From assembly GCA_951406725.2 (NCBI GenBank), contig OX597819.1, forward strand, positions 110,794,001 to 110,858,000: a stretch of 64,000 nt of DNA, given 5' to 3'. The stretch is from Octopus vulgaris (taxonomy: Eukaryota). Shown here piece by piece: positions 11,439 through 24,106 of this stretch. Numbering within the stretch: the stretch's first letter is position 1; each line of letters begins with the position of its first letter. A program made the position numbers and the translations under genes. The notes under the pieces were generated by a model, which saw nothing but the letters and a program-made list of their open reading frames with translations, was not told where the DNA came from and made no database searches.

Positions 11439-11741
11439 TTGAGTATATGATTTTGTGGCACTGCCATCTTAGCGTCGCTTGTATGGCGTCTCCAGTTTGG
11501 CGCTGACTTATTTGATATCAAAGAGTTTAATGTATCTACCCCCCCTCTCTTTTCTCTCTCTGCTTTATCGATCACATACAGTTGAAAGGTAAACTACTGA
11601 TTGAACACGATTGACATACATAAAAATAGAGAGAGAGAGAGAGAGAGAGATTAAAACTTTGATATCAAATAAATCAACATCGAAGTCGCGACGCCGTATA
11701 AGCGGCGCCAAATCGGCAGTGTCATGAAGTCACGTACTCAA
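11439..11741. mobile_element. Foldback/MITE with ~90-bp imperfect terminal inverted repeats
   Basis: TTGAGTATATGATTTTGTGGCACTGCC...TTATTTGATATCAAAG versus CTTTGATATCAAATAA...GGCAGTGTCATGAAGTCACGTACTCAA. Confidence 0.7.
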
Positions 11742-11961
11742 TCCAGCTCCCTTCTCAATTAAATATCAATTGTTTATCATTGTCATATTTTCTGCACATT
11801 TTAATGTTTAAATATAAGAGCTCACTATTTATGCATCTGTATATTTGAGTGCTGGTGTGTGGAAGTGGTCACGTAAAAATGAATATATATGTGTATGTAT
11901 GTATGTATGTATGTATGTATGTATGTATGTATGTATTTATGTGTGTGTAAATATATGTGCT

Positions 11962-12065
<104 letters not shown>

Positions 12066-12116
12066 AATTCAGGGTGAATACTTGATAAATGTAAGCACCT
12101 GTATATGCCAGCTAGT

Positions 12117-12182
<66 letters not shown>

Positions 12183-13240
12183 TATATGGAGGGAGAGAGA
12201 GAGAGGAGGAGAGAGAAAGAAGAAATAAAGATACAGGCACAAACACACACACATACACACATGTATGTATATATGTATATATACATATATACATACATAT
12301 ATATATACTTATATTTAAATGTATCTTGTTACATATGTATTTATGTATATATATATGTGTGTATACATGTATGTATGTATGTATGTATGTATGTATGTAT
12401 GTATGTATGTATGTATGTATGTATGTATGTATGTATGTAGGGTGGTAGGTAGATAGGTAGGTATGTAGAGAGGCAGGTAGGTAACTATCAGTGTCTTTTG
12501 CTTAGTTGAATACGTATCGAAACTTGAATACCAATGCATATATTCGTGTGTTTCGGCGTGTGTACGTGCGTGTGTTTGTGTGTGCGTGTGTTTGTGTGTG
12601 CGTGTGTGTGTGTTTTCATGCGTTTTCGTGTGTCTGTTTGTATGTGTGCCTGTGTGTGTGTGTGTGTGTGTGTGTGTAGGTAAACGGAACGAACAAATAT
12701 CAGACAGCAAAACGTCTCAAAGAGATACATCACAAACAACAACAGAACCACCACACAAAGAGCAGACACGACATCACCGTGAAGAACAACAGATAATGGA
12801 CATACGTGACCACGACGAAAATTCAAAGATAAGTTATATATATATATAAATAAGAAACTAAAACTGTAAGAAAAAAAAATCATAACATCTCATGAGAAAG
12901 GCAAGATGGCGGAGAATTATACACCAGAGTTCGTTACTTTTCGTCTCTAAACGTCACCGAACGCCATCATACGGCGCCGCACGTCATTGCTCTGTCAGAC
13001 ACTTATTGCAGTAAGTACTTGCCGATAGCTGCCCAGTACCCACACCCGATGACTTCAATCACGTCATCTCATTATATAACGTGAATGTGTATTCATACGC
13101 AATATGGGCATATTTAGATATATTTACTGCACTGTAGATGTATGCGTGTCTGTGTGTGTGTGTGTGCGTTTGTGTATGTGTGTTCTAGACAGAGACACAA
13201 GCACAATCGTACACATGCACACACACACATACATACACAC

Positions 13241-13296
<56 letters not shown>

Positions 13297-13502
13297 GTAC
13301 AAGCGAATATACAAACATGCGCACAGTTCGTACTTGAAGTCGGTGGATCAAAAGACTCTGTATCGTGATTATTACGAAGATTAATACATAATAAATAATA
13401 TGATGTAATATCGTATATATATTTTTTGCATATATATATATATGTATATATGTATAGATATGTATATGCATATATATATGTATAGATATATATATGCATA
13501 TA

Positions 13503-13540
<38 letters not shown>

Positions 13541-13615
13541 CATACATATATATACATATATATACATGCATATATACATACATATATATATGTAGGCAAA
13601 GTATGTGTATGAGTG

Positions 13616-13678
<63 letters not shown>

Positions 13679-13740
13679 TATATCTATTACATACATATTA
13701 AATTTAGAAATAATGACGGCAAAGTTTGGATATGTTATGA

Positions 13741-13791
<51 letters not shown>

Positions 13792-13896
13792 CACTCATAC
13801 ACATACTTTGCATACATATACACACATACATATATATAGATATAGATATATATGTATAAATATATATGCATATACACGTACACACACACACGCATG

Positions 13897-13928
<32 letters not shown>

Positions 13929-14097
13929 CCCATGCTCAATTATAAGTTCCAAGATTATTTATATTAGATTTTTTTTATTATTTTGGCAAAGTTGTGGATG
14001 TTATTTTTGTTAAAGTAGAGAGACAGAGTTGTTGCTCTCAACAATCCCTACGGAAATTCTCTTATCGCCATCATTATGAATTGTTTCGTTAATCTTA

Positions 14098-14644
<547 letters not shown>

Positions 14645-14645
<1 letters not shown>

Positions 14646-15192
14646 CAGTACCAGACAGTGGCGTTCATGGCTTCTCATCTTAACTGATTGGAAGTGTTAT
14701 CCATGTATATTGTTTTGTCTTGGTATGAAAGATGGGCTACAGCAAATATTCTGCTCAATACCACAGATTTGCTTGTCATTTGTTTCACCTTAACTAGTTG
14801 AGCATGTCCCTTAGTGGCTGGCGATATATGCATCTCTGATCATGGGCAGAAGTAGTAGTGGAGCATCATAGCCGTGTGTTGAAAGGAATTCTTAGAGGTT
14901 TGGATAATTTACCTTTGGAAACATGGGTGGTTCGTTCAGCATCCTTAAACAATCTTTATTCAGGTACCTTGAGCGGAATGGGCTACTCGACCAGAAGAAA
15001 ATTCTAACTGGGCCCCACTTGCAATGTTATGCGCCGTTTATCTTGATATGAGATTACCATGTCGCGCACATATGGTTGTGATGCATGTGCCTGGTGTACC
15101 CTTATCAGACAGGTAGTCATGATGGGTATTCTCGGCTTCCTATATTTGTACCCCAGTGTCACTTTGATGGCATGCATTGTCCTCTCTTATTC
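14645..15192. mobile_element. ~550-bp interspersed repeat between (AAT)n tracts
   Basis: Higher-GC non-coding block bounded by AAT repeats on both sides. It resembles an abundant octopus repeat as recalled from memory; only one copy is in the window. Confidence 0.45.
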
Positions 15193-15404
15193 AATAAGAA
15201 TAATAATAATAACAACAACAACACCACCACCACCACCACCACCACCAACAACAACAACAATAATCTTTTCTACTATAGGTACAAGGTTTGGAATTTGGTG
15301 GAGGGGGACTATTCAATTACGCCGACCCCAGTGTTTTACTGGTACATAATTTATCGACTCCGATAAATCGACCAAATAATAATAATAATAATACTAATGA
15401 TATT

Positions 15405-16181
15405 TTCTAATCTAGGCACAAGGCCTGAAATTTTGGGTGAGGGGGCCAGTTAATTTGACCGACAGAAGTACGGAACTGGTACTTAATTTATCGACCCCGA
15501 AAAGATGAAAGCAAAGTCGACCTCGGCGGAATTTGATCTCAGAAAGTAAAGACAGAGGAAATACCTATTTCTTTACTGCCCACAAGGGGCTACACACAGA
15601 GGGGACAAACAAGGACAGACACACAGATTAAGTCGATTACATCGACCCCAATGCGTAACTGCTACTTATATAATCGACCCCGAAATGATGAAAGGCAAAG
15701 TCGACCTCGGCGGAATTTGAACTCAGAACGTAACCGCAGACGAAATACCACTAAGCATTTCGCCCGGCGTGCTAACGTTTCTTATTTCTTTACTGCCCAC
15801 CGGGAGCTAAACATAGAGGGGACAAACAAGGACAGACTAAGAGATTAAGTCGATTACATCGACCCCAATACGTAACTGGTACTTATTTAATCGACCCCGA
15901 AATGATGAAAGGCAAAGCCGACCTCGGCGGAATTTGAACTCAGAACGTAACCGTAGACGAAATACCTATTTCTTTATTACCCACCAGGGGCTAAACACAG
16001 AGGGGACAAACAAGGACAGACATAGGTATTAAGTCGATTACATCGACCCCAGTGCGTAACTGGTACTTATTTAATCGACCCCGAAAGGATGAAAGGCAAA
16101 GTCGACCTCACCGGAATGACGAAATACCGCTCAGCATTTCGCCCGGCGTGCTAACGTTTCTGCCAGCTCGCTGCCTTCGCC
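15405..16181 (-). mobile_element. Tandem concatemer of about four family C SINE units
   Basis: Repeated ~185-215-bp unit TATTTCTTTACTGCCCAC...AAGTCGATTACATCGACCCC...GATGAAAGGCAAAGTCGACCTCGGCGGAATTTGAACTCAGAAC...GACGAAATAC; B box GAGTTCAAATTCC on the minus strand. Confidence 0.85.
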
Positions 16182-16696
16182 TTAATATTAACGATAATGA
16201 TGTGCAGAACGAGGAGAAGTATAATGATATTAGTATAGCTTTTTACTTTCATGGCATTTTGCAATTCAGTATGGAAGTAAGAACAGAATCGTTGAATTGG
16301 AGGGCACCGTGTATCGCTATGGAACGTGAACAGAAACAAGTGAACCATACCAGGATTTACAATTTGTGGTTTGATGATACAAACAGAAAAATCTGCCTCA
16401 AAGAATGAATATGTGTGTGTGTGTATGTGTATGTGTGCGTGTGTGTGTGTGTGAGGATGTGTATGTGTGTGTGTGTGTATGAGTGTGTGAGTGCATGTGT
16501 GAGGATGTGTATGTGTGTGAAGGTGTGTGTGTATGAGTGTGTGAGGATGTGTATGTGTGAGTGAGCCTGTGTGCGAGGATGTGCATGTGTGTATGAGGGT
16601 GTGTATGTGTGTGTGAGGATGTGTGTGTATGAACCTGTGGGTGAGGGTGTGTTGTATATATGTGTGTGTGTGTGAAGGTGTGCGTTGATCACACTA

Positions 16697-16980
16697 CCGA
16701 CCAGACTATTCGATTTTGCTATTTCAATCTGGTCACAATACACTTCGCGTCTTTTCAGCTTAGGAATGATGCCTCCCCGCTGGCTAAGTGAGCAGGCCAA
16801 TATTCGCGGTGATCGGAAGGTTAGTTCGTTGCAGGATCACCCATTTACGGCTGAGTGGACTGGAGCAACGGGAAATGAAGCGTTTTGCTCAAGAACTCAA
16901 CGCGCAGCTAGTCCAAGAATCGAAACCACGATCTCAAGATCGTGAGTGCAACACCCACAGCCACTAAGCCACTCGCCTTC
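16697..16980 (-). mobile_element. SINE family B3
   Basis: Family B head and core (GCTGAGTGGACTGGAGCAACG...TTGCTCAAGAAC) with a different tail that is shared with 57735-57974. Confidence 0.7.
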
Positions 16981-17203
16981 TCTCTCTCACACATGCACAC
17001 ATGCACACATACACACATGCACACATACACACATTCACACTACTCATGCACATACGCACATTCGCACACACACATGCACACACACATATATATGTATACA
17101 CTCATATATGTATATATCATTAATCAGCAAAAATACTGAGTGGCTCTAGAGCCAAAAGTTTCGTTCAGTGGCACGTATTATTACACTGGTTTCAAATTAC
17201 TAT

Positions 17204-17731
17204 CACTCCGTCGGTTACGACGACGAGCGTTCCAGTTGATTCGATCAACGGAAGAGCCTTCTCGTGAAATTAATGTGCAAGTAACTGAGCACTTCACAAG
17301 CATGTGCACCCTTAACGTAGTTCTCAAGGAGATCCAGAGTGACAAAGAATGTCACAGAGCTGGTCCTTTCAAATACAGGTAATACTAATTTTTGCCAGCT
17401 GAGTGGACTAGAGCAACATGAAATAAATTGTCTTGCTCAAGGACATAACGCGTCACCGGGAATTGAACTCACGGTTTCACGATCGTGAGCGCAATGCTCT
17501 AACCCAGTGCTTTTCAAACTTTTTGCTGGAGCGGAACCCCAAGGAAACATTCCACTGGCTCGAGGACCCCCTGTGCAATAATTTAATAGTCTTATGCACA
17601 CATATCTGCACAGGAGACTTAAAAATTACTGCCGATTTTTGCAGTTTTGTAACTTCTAGCAGAACCCCTGGACTGTACTGGCGGAACCCTGGTTGAAAAC
17701 CACTGCTCTAACCACTTAACAACGCGCCTTC
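17204..17731 (-). mobile_element. SINE family B2 interrupted by a hAT MITE
   Basis: CACTCCGTCGGTTACGACG...TTTTGCCAGCTGAGTGGAC...CACGATCGTGAG; the head resumes after 17705. Confidence 0.85.
17505..17705. mobile_element. hAT-superfamily MITE (201 bp)
   Basis: TIRs CAGTGCTTTTCAA / TTGAAAACCACTG; perfect 8-bp TSD CTCTAACC at 17497-17504 and 17706-17713. Confidence 0.9.
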
Positions 17732-18176
17732 GCATATAATAATACAGAATTGTCACTACTGGAATATCTTTGATAATGGGTCTATTGGGTCAAAGTGGAT
17801 TGAGGCTAAACGACAATAAGTGTAACAACAACATCAACCGACAATAAACCAGACCGACCCGAGGGACACCACTACTAAAGCGCTATTAACAAGTGAATCA
17901 CGGTTCCAAATTATAGGGACTACATTTATATGTATGCCGGTTATAATGAAAATCTTCTGGACTGTTCTAGAATAAATTGTGAAGACAATTACGATGTCAG
18001 GTGAATAATATGATTTTAAAGATTCTGAGACATGGACACGACGTTCATATCGTCACACAATCTTTTAGAAATAAGTGCTATTACTCACTTTCAAATTCAC
18101 ACCTTGTTTTCTTTTATAAAAACAGTTTATTTTAAGCAACGCAGTCCACATTTTTACGTATGCATAGAATAATATT

Positions 18177-18489
18177 GGCACTTCGTCGGTTGCGACGCGG
18201 AGGGTTCCACTTGATTTGATCAACGGAACACTTTGCTCGTGCAAGTGGCTGAGTACTCAACAGATACGTGTATACTTAACGTAGTTCTCAGAGAGATTCA
18301 ACGTTACACAGAATATGATAAGTCTGGCCCTTTGAACCGCAGGTAAAGCTCATTTTTGCCAGCTCAAACATCTGGAGCACCGATGAAATAAAGTGTCTTG
18401 CTTAAGGACACAACACACTGCTTGGTATCGAAGTCGCCACCTTCCGATCTTGAGCTGAATGCCCTAACCACATAACAACGTGCCTTCAC
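18177..18489 (-). mobile_element. SINE family B2
   Basis: Colinear with the copies at 17204, 45369, 61698 and 62812. Confidence 0.8.
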
Positions 18490-18676
18490 ATATAATAATA
18501 CAGGATGGTCATGACTGGAATATCTATGATAATAGGTCAATTGGGTAAAGATGAGTTGAAGTTAAAACGACAATAAGAGTAACAACAGCAACAGCAACCG
18601 ACAATAAAACCAGACTCAGAAGGACACCATTTCTAGAGCGCTATTAGCAAAATATCACCTTGTATTATTGTTTTTG

Positions 18677-18990
18677 TTGTTTGTTCCTTCTCGAGTCATG
18701 CCTGGCTCACAAAGGCCTGTTTCCCCAATTTCCCGGTTTCATTGGTGTATAGGTTCCCCACCTGGACGGGACGCCAGTCCATCACAGGTGAGCTGCTAGA
18801 TGCAGGAGGAAAGAGTGAGAGAAAGCTGTGGCGAAAGAGTCAGCAGAATTTCGCCATTACCTTCTGCCGGAGCTGTGTGGAGCTTAGGTGTTTCGCTCAT
18901 AAACACGCACATCGCCCGGGCTGAGATTCGAACCCGCGATCCCTCGACCGCCAGTCCGCTGCTCTAACCACTAGACCATGTGCATCCACT
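18677..18990 (-). mobile_element. tRNA-derived SINE with CCTGTGATGGACTGGCGTCCCGTCCAGG motif
   Basis: Minus-strand head TGGTCTAGTGGTTAGAGCAGCGG...GGGTTCGAATCTC; partial second copy at 63905-64000. Confidence 0.8.
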
Positions 18991-19299
18991 TCTATTATTA
19001 CATAATCGATAAACACTAGACTATTACCATCGCCTACGATTAAATACCACTGTGCTACTACAACACCCCATACATTATGATCTATGAAACTACTTACAAG
19101 ACTAGCAAACAGATGATCAACATACTACCACATCAACACTACATTAATATATCACTGAATCATACTTATTTCATTACAGACACTTCAAAGTCACCAGGGC
19201 AATGTCAACAGTAGCAGTACATCATCACCTGTACCACCAAACACCATCACAGTCATCTCTACCACCACCGCCACTGCTATTACATCGATGTTATAGCAA

Positions 19300-19830
19300 T
19301 ACGATCATCAAGACCACTACCACCACCACCAACACTACCACCACCAACACCACCACCACCACCACCACCAAAACGACGACGACGACGACGACCATCACCA
19401 CAATCACCATCGCCATCACCACCACCATCACTACCACCACTACAACCAACACCACCACCACAACCATCATTACCACTCCAACCATCACTACCACTACCAC
19501 CACAACCACAACAACCAACGATACCAATTTCACCACCACCACCACCACCAACATCCCCAGTACCACAAACACTACCACCACCACCATCGTTACAAACTCC
19601 ACCTCCACCACCACCGTCACTACCATAATATTACATCACCAACGCTATATAAATAGACACTGCTTTTGTAACACCAATACCTATGTTGCCAATGAACCAC
19701 AAAACCACTACCCATACACTCCACAACCACTACAACCGCTGCCAAACACCACCACCGCCACAACTGCCAAACATCACCACCGCCACAACTGCCAAACATC
19801 ACTACCATCTTCACCCAACACCACAACCAA
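19300..19830. repeat. Degenerate (ACC)n low-complexity tract
   Basis: Direct reading. Confidence 0.85.
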
Positions 19831-20020
19831 TGAACACAAATATAAACACAGATTCAAAACAAAATATAGAATTTCATTCTAAAAATGTAAATTGATTGTG
19901 TGAATATGTGTATGTGTTTATAAATGTGAATATGATTCAGTGTTTGTGTATGGGTTGTGTGTGGCTTGTGTGTGTTTGTTTGTTTGTGTGTGTGTGTGTG
20001 TGTGCTTGTGTGTGTGTTGC

Positions 20021-20054
<34 letters not shown>

Positions 20055-20367
20055 ATGATATGGAAGTATCTCTGTTTCTACCGGAATATGCGTATATCTG
20101 CGTGCGATTATATACATACATATACATATATATTTATACACGCACGCCACGCACACACATACAAACAAACATACAAACACACATACACACACATATATAT
20201 CAATACAGGTTCACGCATGCAGATATAAACATACACAAATATACATATGTCTTTATATATATGCATATACATTTATATATATATATACACATATATATAT
20301 ATACACATATATATATTTATATATATATATGTTATATATATATATATATATATATAAATGTATATGC

Positions 20368-20456
<89 letters not shown>

Positions 20457-20574
20457 AGAGTATATACATAGGCGTATATTTGTGTGTGCGTGTGTGTGTG
20501 TTTGTATAGATGTACGTGTATGTATGATTTGCCTTGCTTTAAGGAATAATTATATGTGCATGTATGTATTGATT

Positions 20575-20622
<48 letters not shown>

Positions 20623-21744
20623 CGCGTGCGCGCGTGTTCGTTTGTGTGTGTGTGTGCATTGGTATAATTGTGTGTGAAGGCACCTGTGTATGAGTATCGA
20701 CTTTTGTGCGCAGGAAAGCTACATATGCACATCTGTATGTGTATATGTATATCTATATGTGTTTGTGTGTTTCTGTTCGGATGGTGGGGGAGGTTTTACT
20801 TAAATATTTTATTTTCCTTAAATAAAACAGAGATTGAATTATTTGCGTAAATATGGCATCACGTTATGCAGATGATATAATACTTTGAACTGTAACAACA
20901 GTAGATGCGGCAACTGCAGAAACAACAACACTAGCAACAACAACAACAACAACAACAAGCAGAACGATCTAATACCTGTTTGTTATCGTTAGACGAGCGA
21001 GAAATATCAACTAAATCTGTCAAAGAACTCACGTCAGAATCTCAGAAGCGGAGGGAAGACGTTATTTTAATTCATATTATCATGACGGAAAGCAGCGTCC
21101 GTGACCCCTCACGAAGATTCCTAGACTGATAGTAGGGAGTGAAAGACGGAAGAATGTCCCCTCTCATGGATATAATTTTCTTTCACATGAGCTACGCCGC
21201 AGCATATCAGCAAATGGACATTTCTCTATTTGCATATAAGTCAAAGACAAGCAATTCAATTCGTTTCGATGTGTTCCAAATACATGGTATTGATGAACCG
21301 CAATAATGGCGAAATACCGGTATCTACAATTCTCTGTAGATACCGACTTGTCTCATCTTATCTCTGACATTCAGGTGTTCTTTAACGCTCAGTGTTGTGT
21401 CGGGAGCAGCAAATTTGGTGCATACACAAAACACAAACATTATACATGTGCGACCGATAATTTTTACATTACTAGAGCAACTTTTTATTGTTGATATATA
21501 TACATACACAGACACAAACAAACACACACACACACAAACATATATGTTTTATATATATATATATATATAGACACATCCCAAGTGGATATAGTAACAAAAA
21601 TACGTTCTCTCAAGTAGGGAGAAAATGAATCGTAACAAAGGCCTTCAATGAAATGCGAAACAAATCGATTCGATCTGTCTCTTCATGGGCGAAAACACCC
21701 TGCAGATTAATCACGGGTTCCACAGTCATATTTTGGTTACATCC

Positions 21745-22065
21745 GCATTTGTTAAGCTGTCGGCTCACAATCATGAGTTCGATTTCCGGACCGGGCTGTA
21801 TGTTGTGTTCTTAAACAAGGGACTTTATTTCACGTTGCTCCAGTGAGCTCAGCTGTAGAAATGAGCTGCGACATCACTGGTGCCAAGCTGTATGGGTCTT
21901 TGCCTTTCTCTTGCATAACCTCGGTAGCGTGGAGACAGACGGCTGGTATGCAAGGACGACTGCTGGTCTTCCAGAAACAACCTTACCTAGACATTTGCCT
22001 GAGAAGGTAAAATTTTAGGCGCAACCCCATTGTCATTTATGATCGAAGGAGGCCTCTACTTTTGA
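21745..22065 (+). mobile_element. SINE family B1
   Basis: GAGTTCGATTTCCGGACCGGGCTG...CTTTATTTCACGTTGCTCCAG...; reverse complement of 4256-4596. Confidence 0.8.
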
Positions 22066-22116
<51 letters not shown>

Positions 22117-22645
22117 GCTCCTTTCTCGTGTGCAAGAAAGAATCATCGAAATGAGTCATTGATAAAGCAATGTGAAGCCCTAATATGTTTCTTGAGCCTC
22201 GCTCTTTCTATCTATCTATCTATCTATAAGAACGAACGTAACCGCAAGGAATATGTTAGGATAACCTCAAGAAACAGCAATAAGAATAGTAACAGTATCA
22301 GAGACAACATCAGCAATAACATCAAGCACACAATTAAAAAGATGGAGGGTGTCCAATTGCAGCTGTCAAATGTTGATATGAAAGATTATGCTTTGTTTAC
22401 GGTAGTGATCCGTCTATCCTCAGTCTACCTGTCTATCGTATATTTCTCCTTTTCACTCACTCTTTCTCTTCCTCTTCCTCCTCCCTCTCTCCCACACTCT
22501 CTATCACACTATCTCCCCTCCCACTCTCTCCATTGGTATGTGTGTGACTGCGCATGCTTATGTGTGTGCATGTGTATCCTCTTTAGGTGAGTGACTAATT
22601 GTCTGTCTGTCTGTATATATGTGTGTATATGAATACACACACACT

Positions 22646-22709
<64 letters not shown>

Positions 22710-22711
22710 AC

Positions 22712-22760
<49 letters not shown>

Positions 22761-22762
22761 CT

Positions 22763-22828
<66 letters not shown>

Positions 22829-22832
22829 TATA

Positions 22833-23370
22833 AACTTAGATATGTTTCGACCAAAAATTGGTATAGGCCATGTCTAACGTAATAGCACCACCTGATAGGA
22901 TTATCTGAATCCTTTTTAAAGCAAGTTCTGTGGTATCGTGGTCCATTCGAGAATGGAGTCCTTGTTGAATGAGTTGTATAGGTGGCTTATCTGGTATTCC
23001 TTGGAGAAGTTTGTCCAGATTCCGTTGAAAGGATCCTTTGCTCTTTGATCTGTTTCGGGACAAAGTTAAATAGGGCTGGGCTCGTCGAGGAAAAGAAATT
23101 GTGTTGCAGTGTATTTATGTATTGTGATCCTGAATTGGGTAGTATACGTTTGTCCCGTGGTCCTAGCCTTGGATGAATTTTGAAGCTAATGTTGAGGTTG
23201 TTTGGGTAATGTTGGTGGTATATTCTCCACATCGTACAAATGATGTACCGCTCGCGGCAGCGCTGGTGAGAGTAGAGTTTCAAGGCTTTAAGGCGGTCCC
23301 AGTAATCGAGATCAGTCATGCCCTTAATTCTTTTAGTGAATGATCTCTGGGGTGATTCAGTTTTCGATAG
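22833..23370 (-). pseudogene. CR1-group LINE 3' fragment, frameshifted
   Basis: [52 protein letters not shown]; 3' UTR AGGTGGTGCTATT...TTAGACATGGCC as in the 40.9 and 50.3 kb copies. Confidence 0.85.
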
Positions 23371-23389
23371 GGATGATATATATAATATA

Positions 23390-23756
23390 AACAAGATCAT
23401 TCAGAGAGCGCAAACCTCCGCCACGGCAACACCTATGTCCTCTCAACGATTAGCCAGAGATGATTTTTTAAAACGAGAATATCTGAAATAAACTCGGATG
23501 CTCTCACAAACAAGAATACTAAAAGTGAACCCGACCGCTCTAAAAAATTAAGTAAAGAAACGGAAAAATAATCCAAAATCCTTGTCTGGCACGAGATCGA
23601 TCCCTAAATCTAATTAGTTCGTGCCAGTCACGTGGCCAAATATCTCCGAAAGTTTCAACCGAATCCATCCAGCGGTTCTTGAGATATCTTTTCCATGGAT
23701 TAACAAACAAACGCGACTGCAAACTATTCCTCCGCTTTAGTGAAGGTGGAGGTAAT
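23390..23756 (-). mobile_element. Helentron-associated (HINE/DINE-1-like) non-autonomous element
   Basis: AACAAG end, subterminal ACCTCCGCC, core AAGTTTCAACCGAATCCATCCAGCGGTTCTTGAGATAT, short (ACAA)n, terminal hairpin CCTCCGCTTTAGTGAAGGTGGAGG. Confidence 0.7.
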
Positions 23757-23870
23757 AAATAAATAAATATATATATATATACACACGCATATATATACTC
23801 ATGTATATATATATATATATATATATATAAGAGAGAGAGAGAGAGAGAGAGAGAGATGTATACATATGTA

Positions 23871-23907
<37 letters not shown>

Positions 23908-24067
23908 TTATATATATATATATATATATAATCACACTCAATTATTACACCTTCCGCAGCATCTTATATATGATAGAACATATGTTCGAATAAGTTATGG
24001 TGCAGAAGATGTATATAATTGTGTGTATAAGCATACATACTTACAGACATGTATATATAAATGTGTA

Positions 24068-24106
<39 letters not shown>

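Noticed and set aside
12899-12920. AGGCAAGATG matches the 5' end of miR-31/miR-72
   Set aside because: Only 10 nt match and no complementary star arm forms a pre-miRNA.
15405-16181. Regular repeat array superficially like CRISPR or a tRNA cluster
   Set aside because: Units are whole SINE copies with no unique spacers, no cas genes and no complete cloverleaf; the context is eukaryotic.
16052-16408. 118-aa ORF with a unique-looking C-terminus
   Set aside because: The N-terminal half is SINE sequence; no recognisable domain or convincing splice frame.
19202-19882. Thr-rich mucin-like ORF (also 44580-45212)
   Set aside because: Derived from (ACC)n-type repeats; no signal peptide, domain or splice support.
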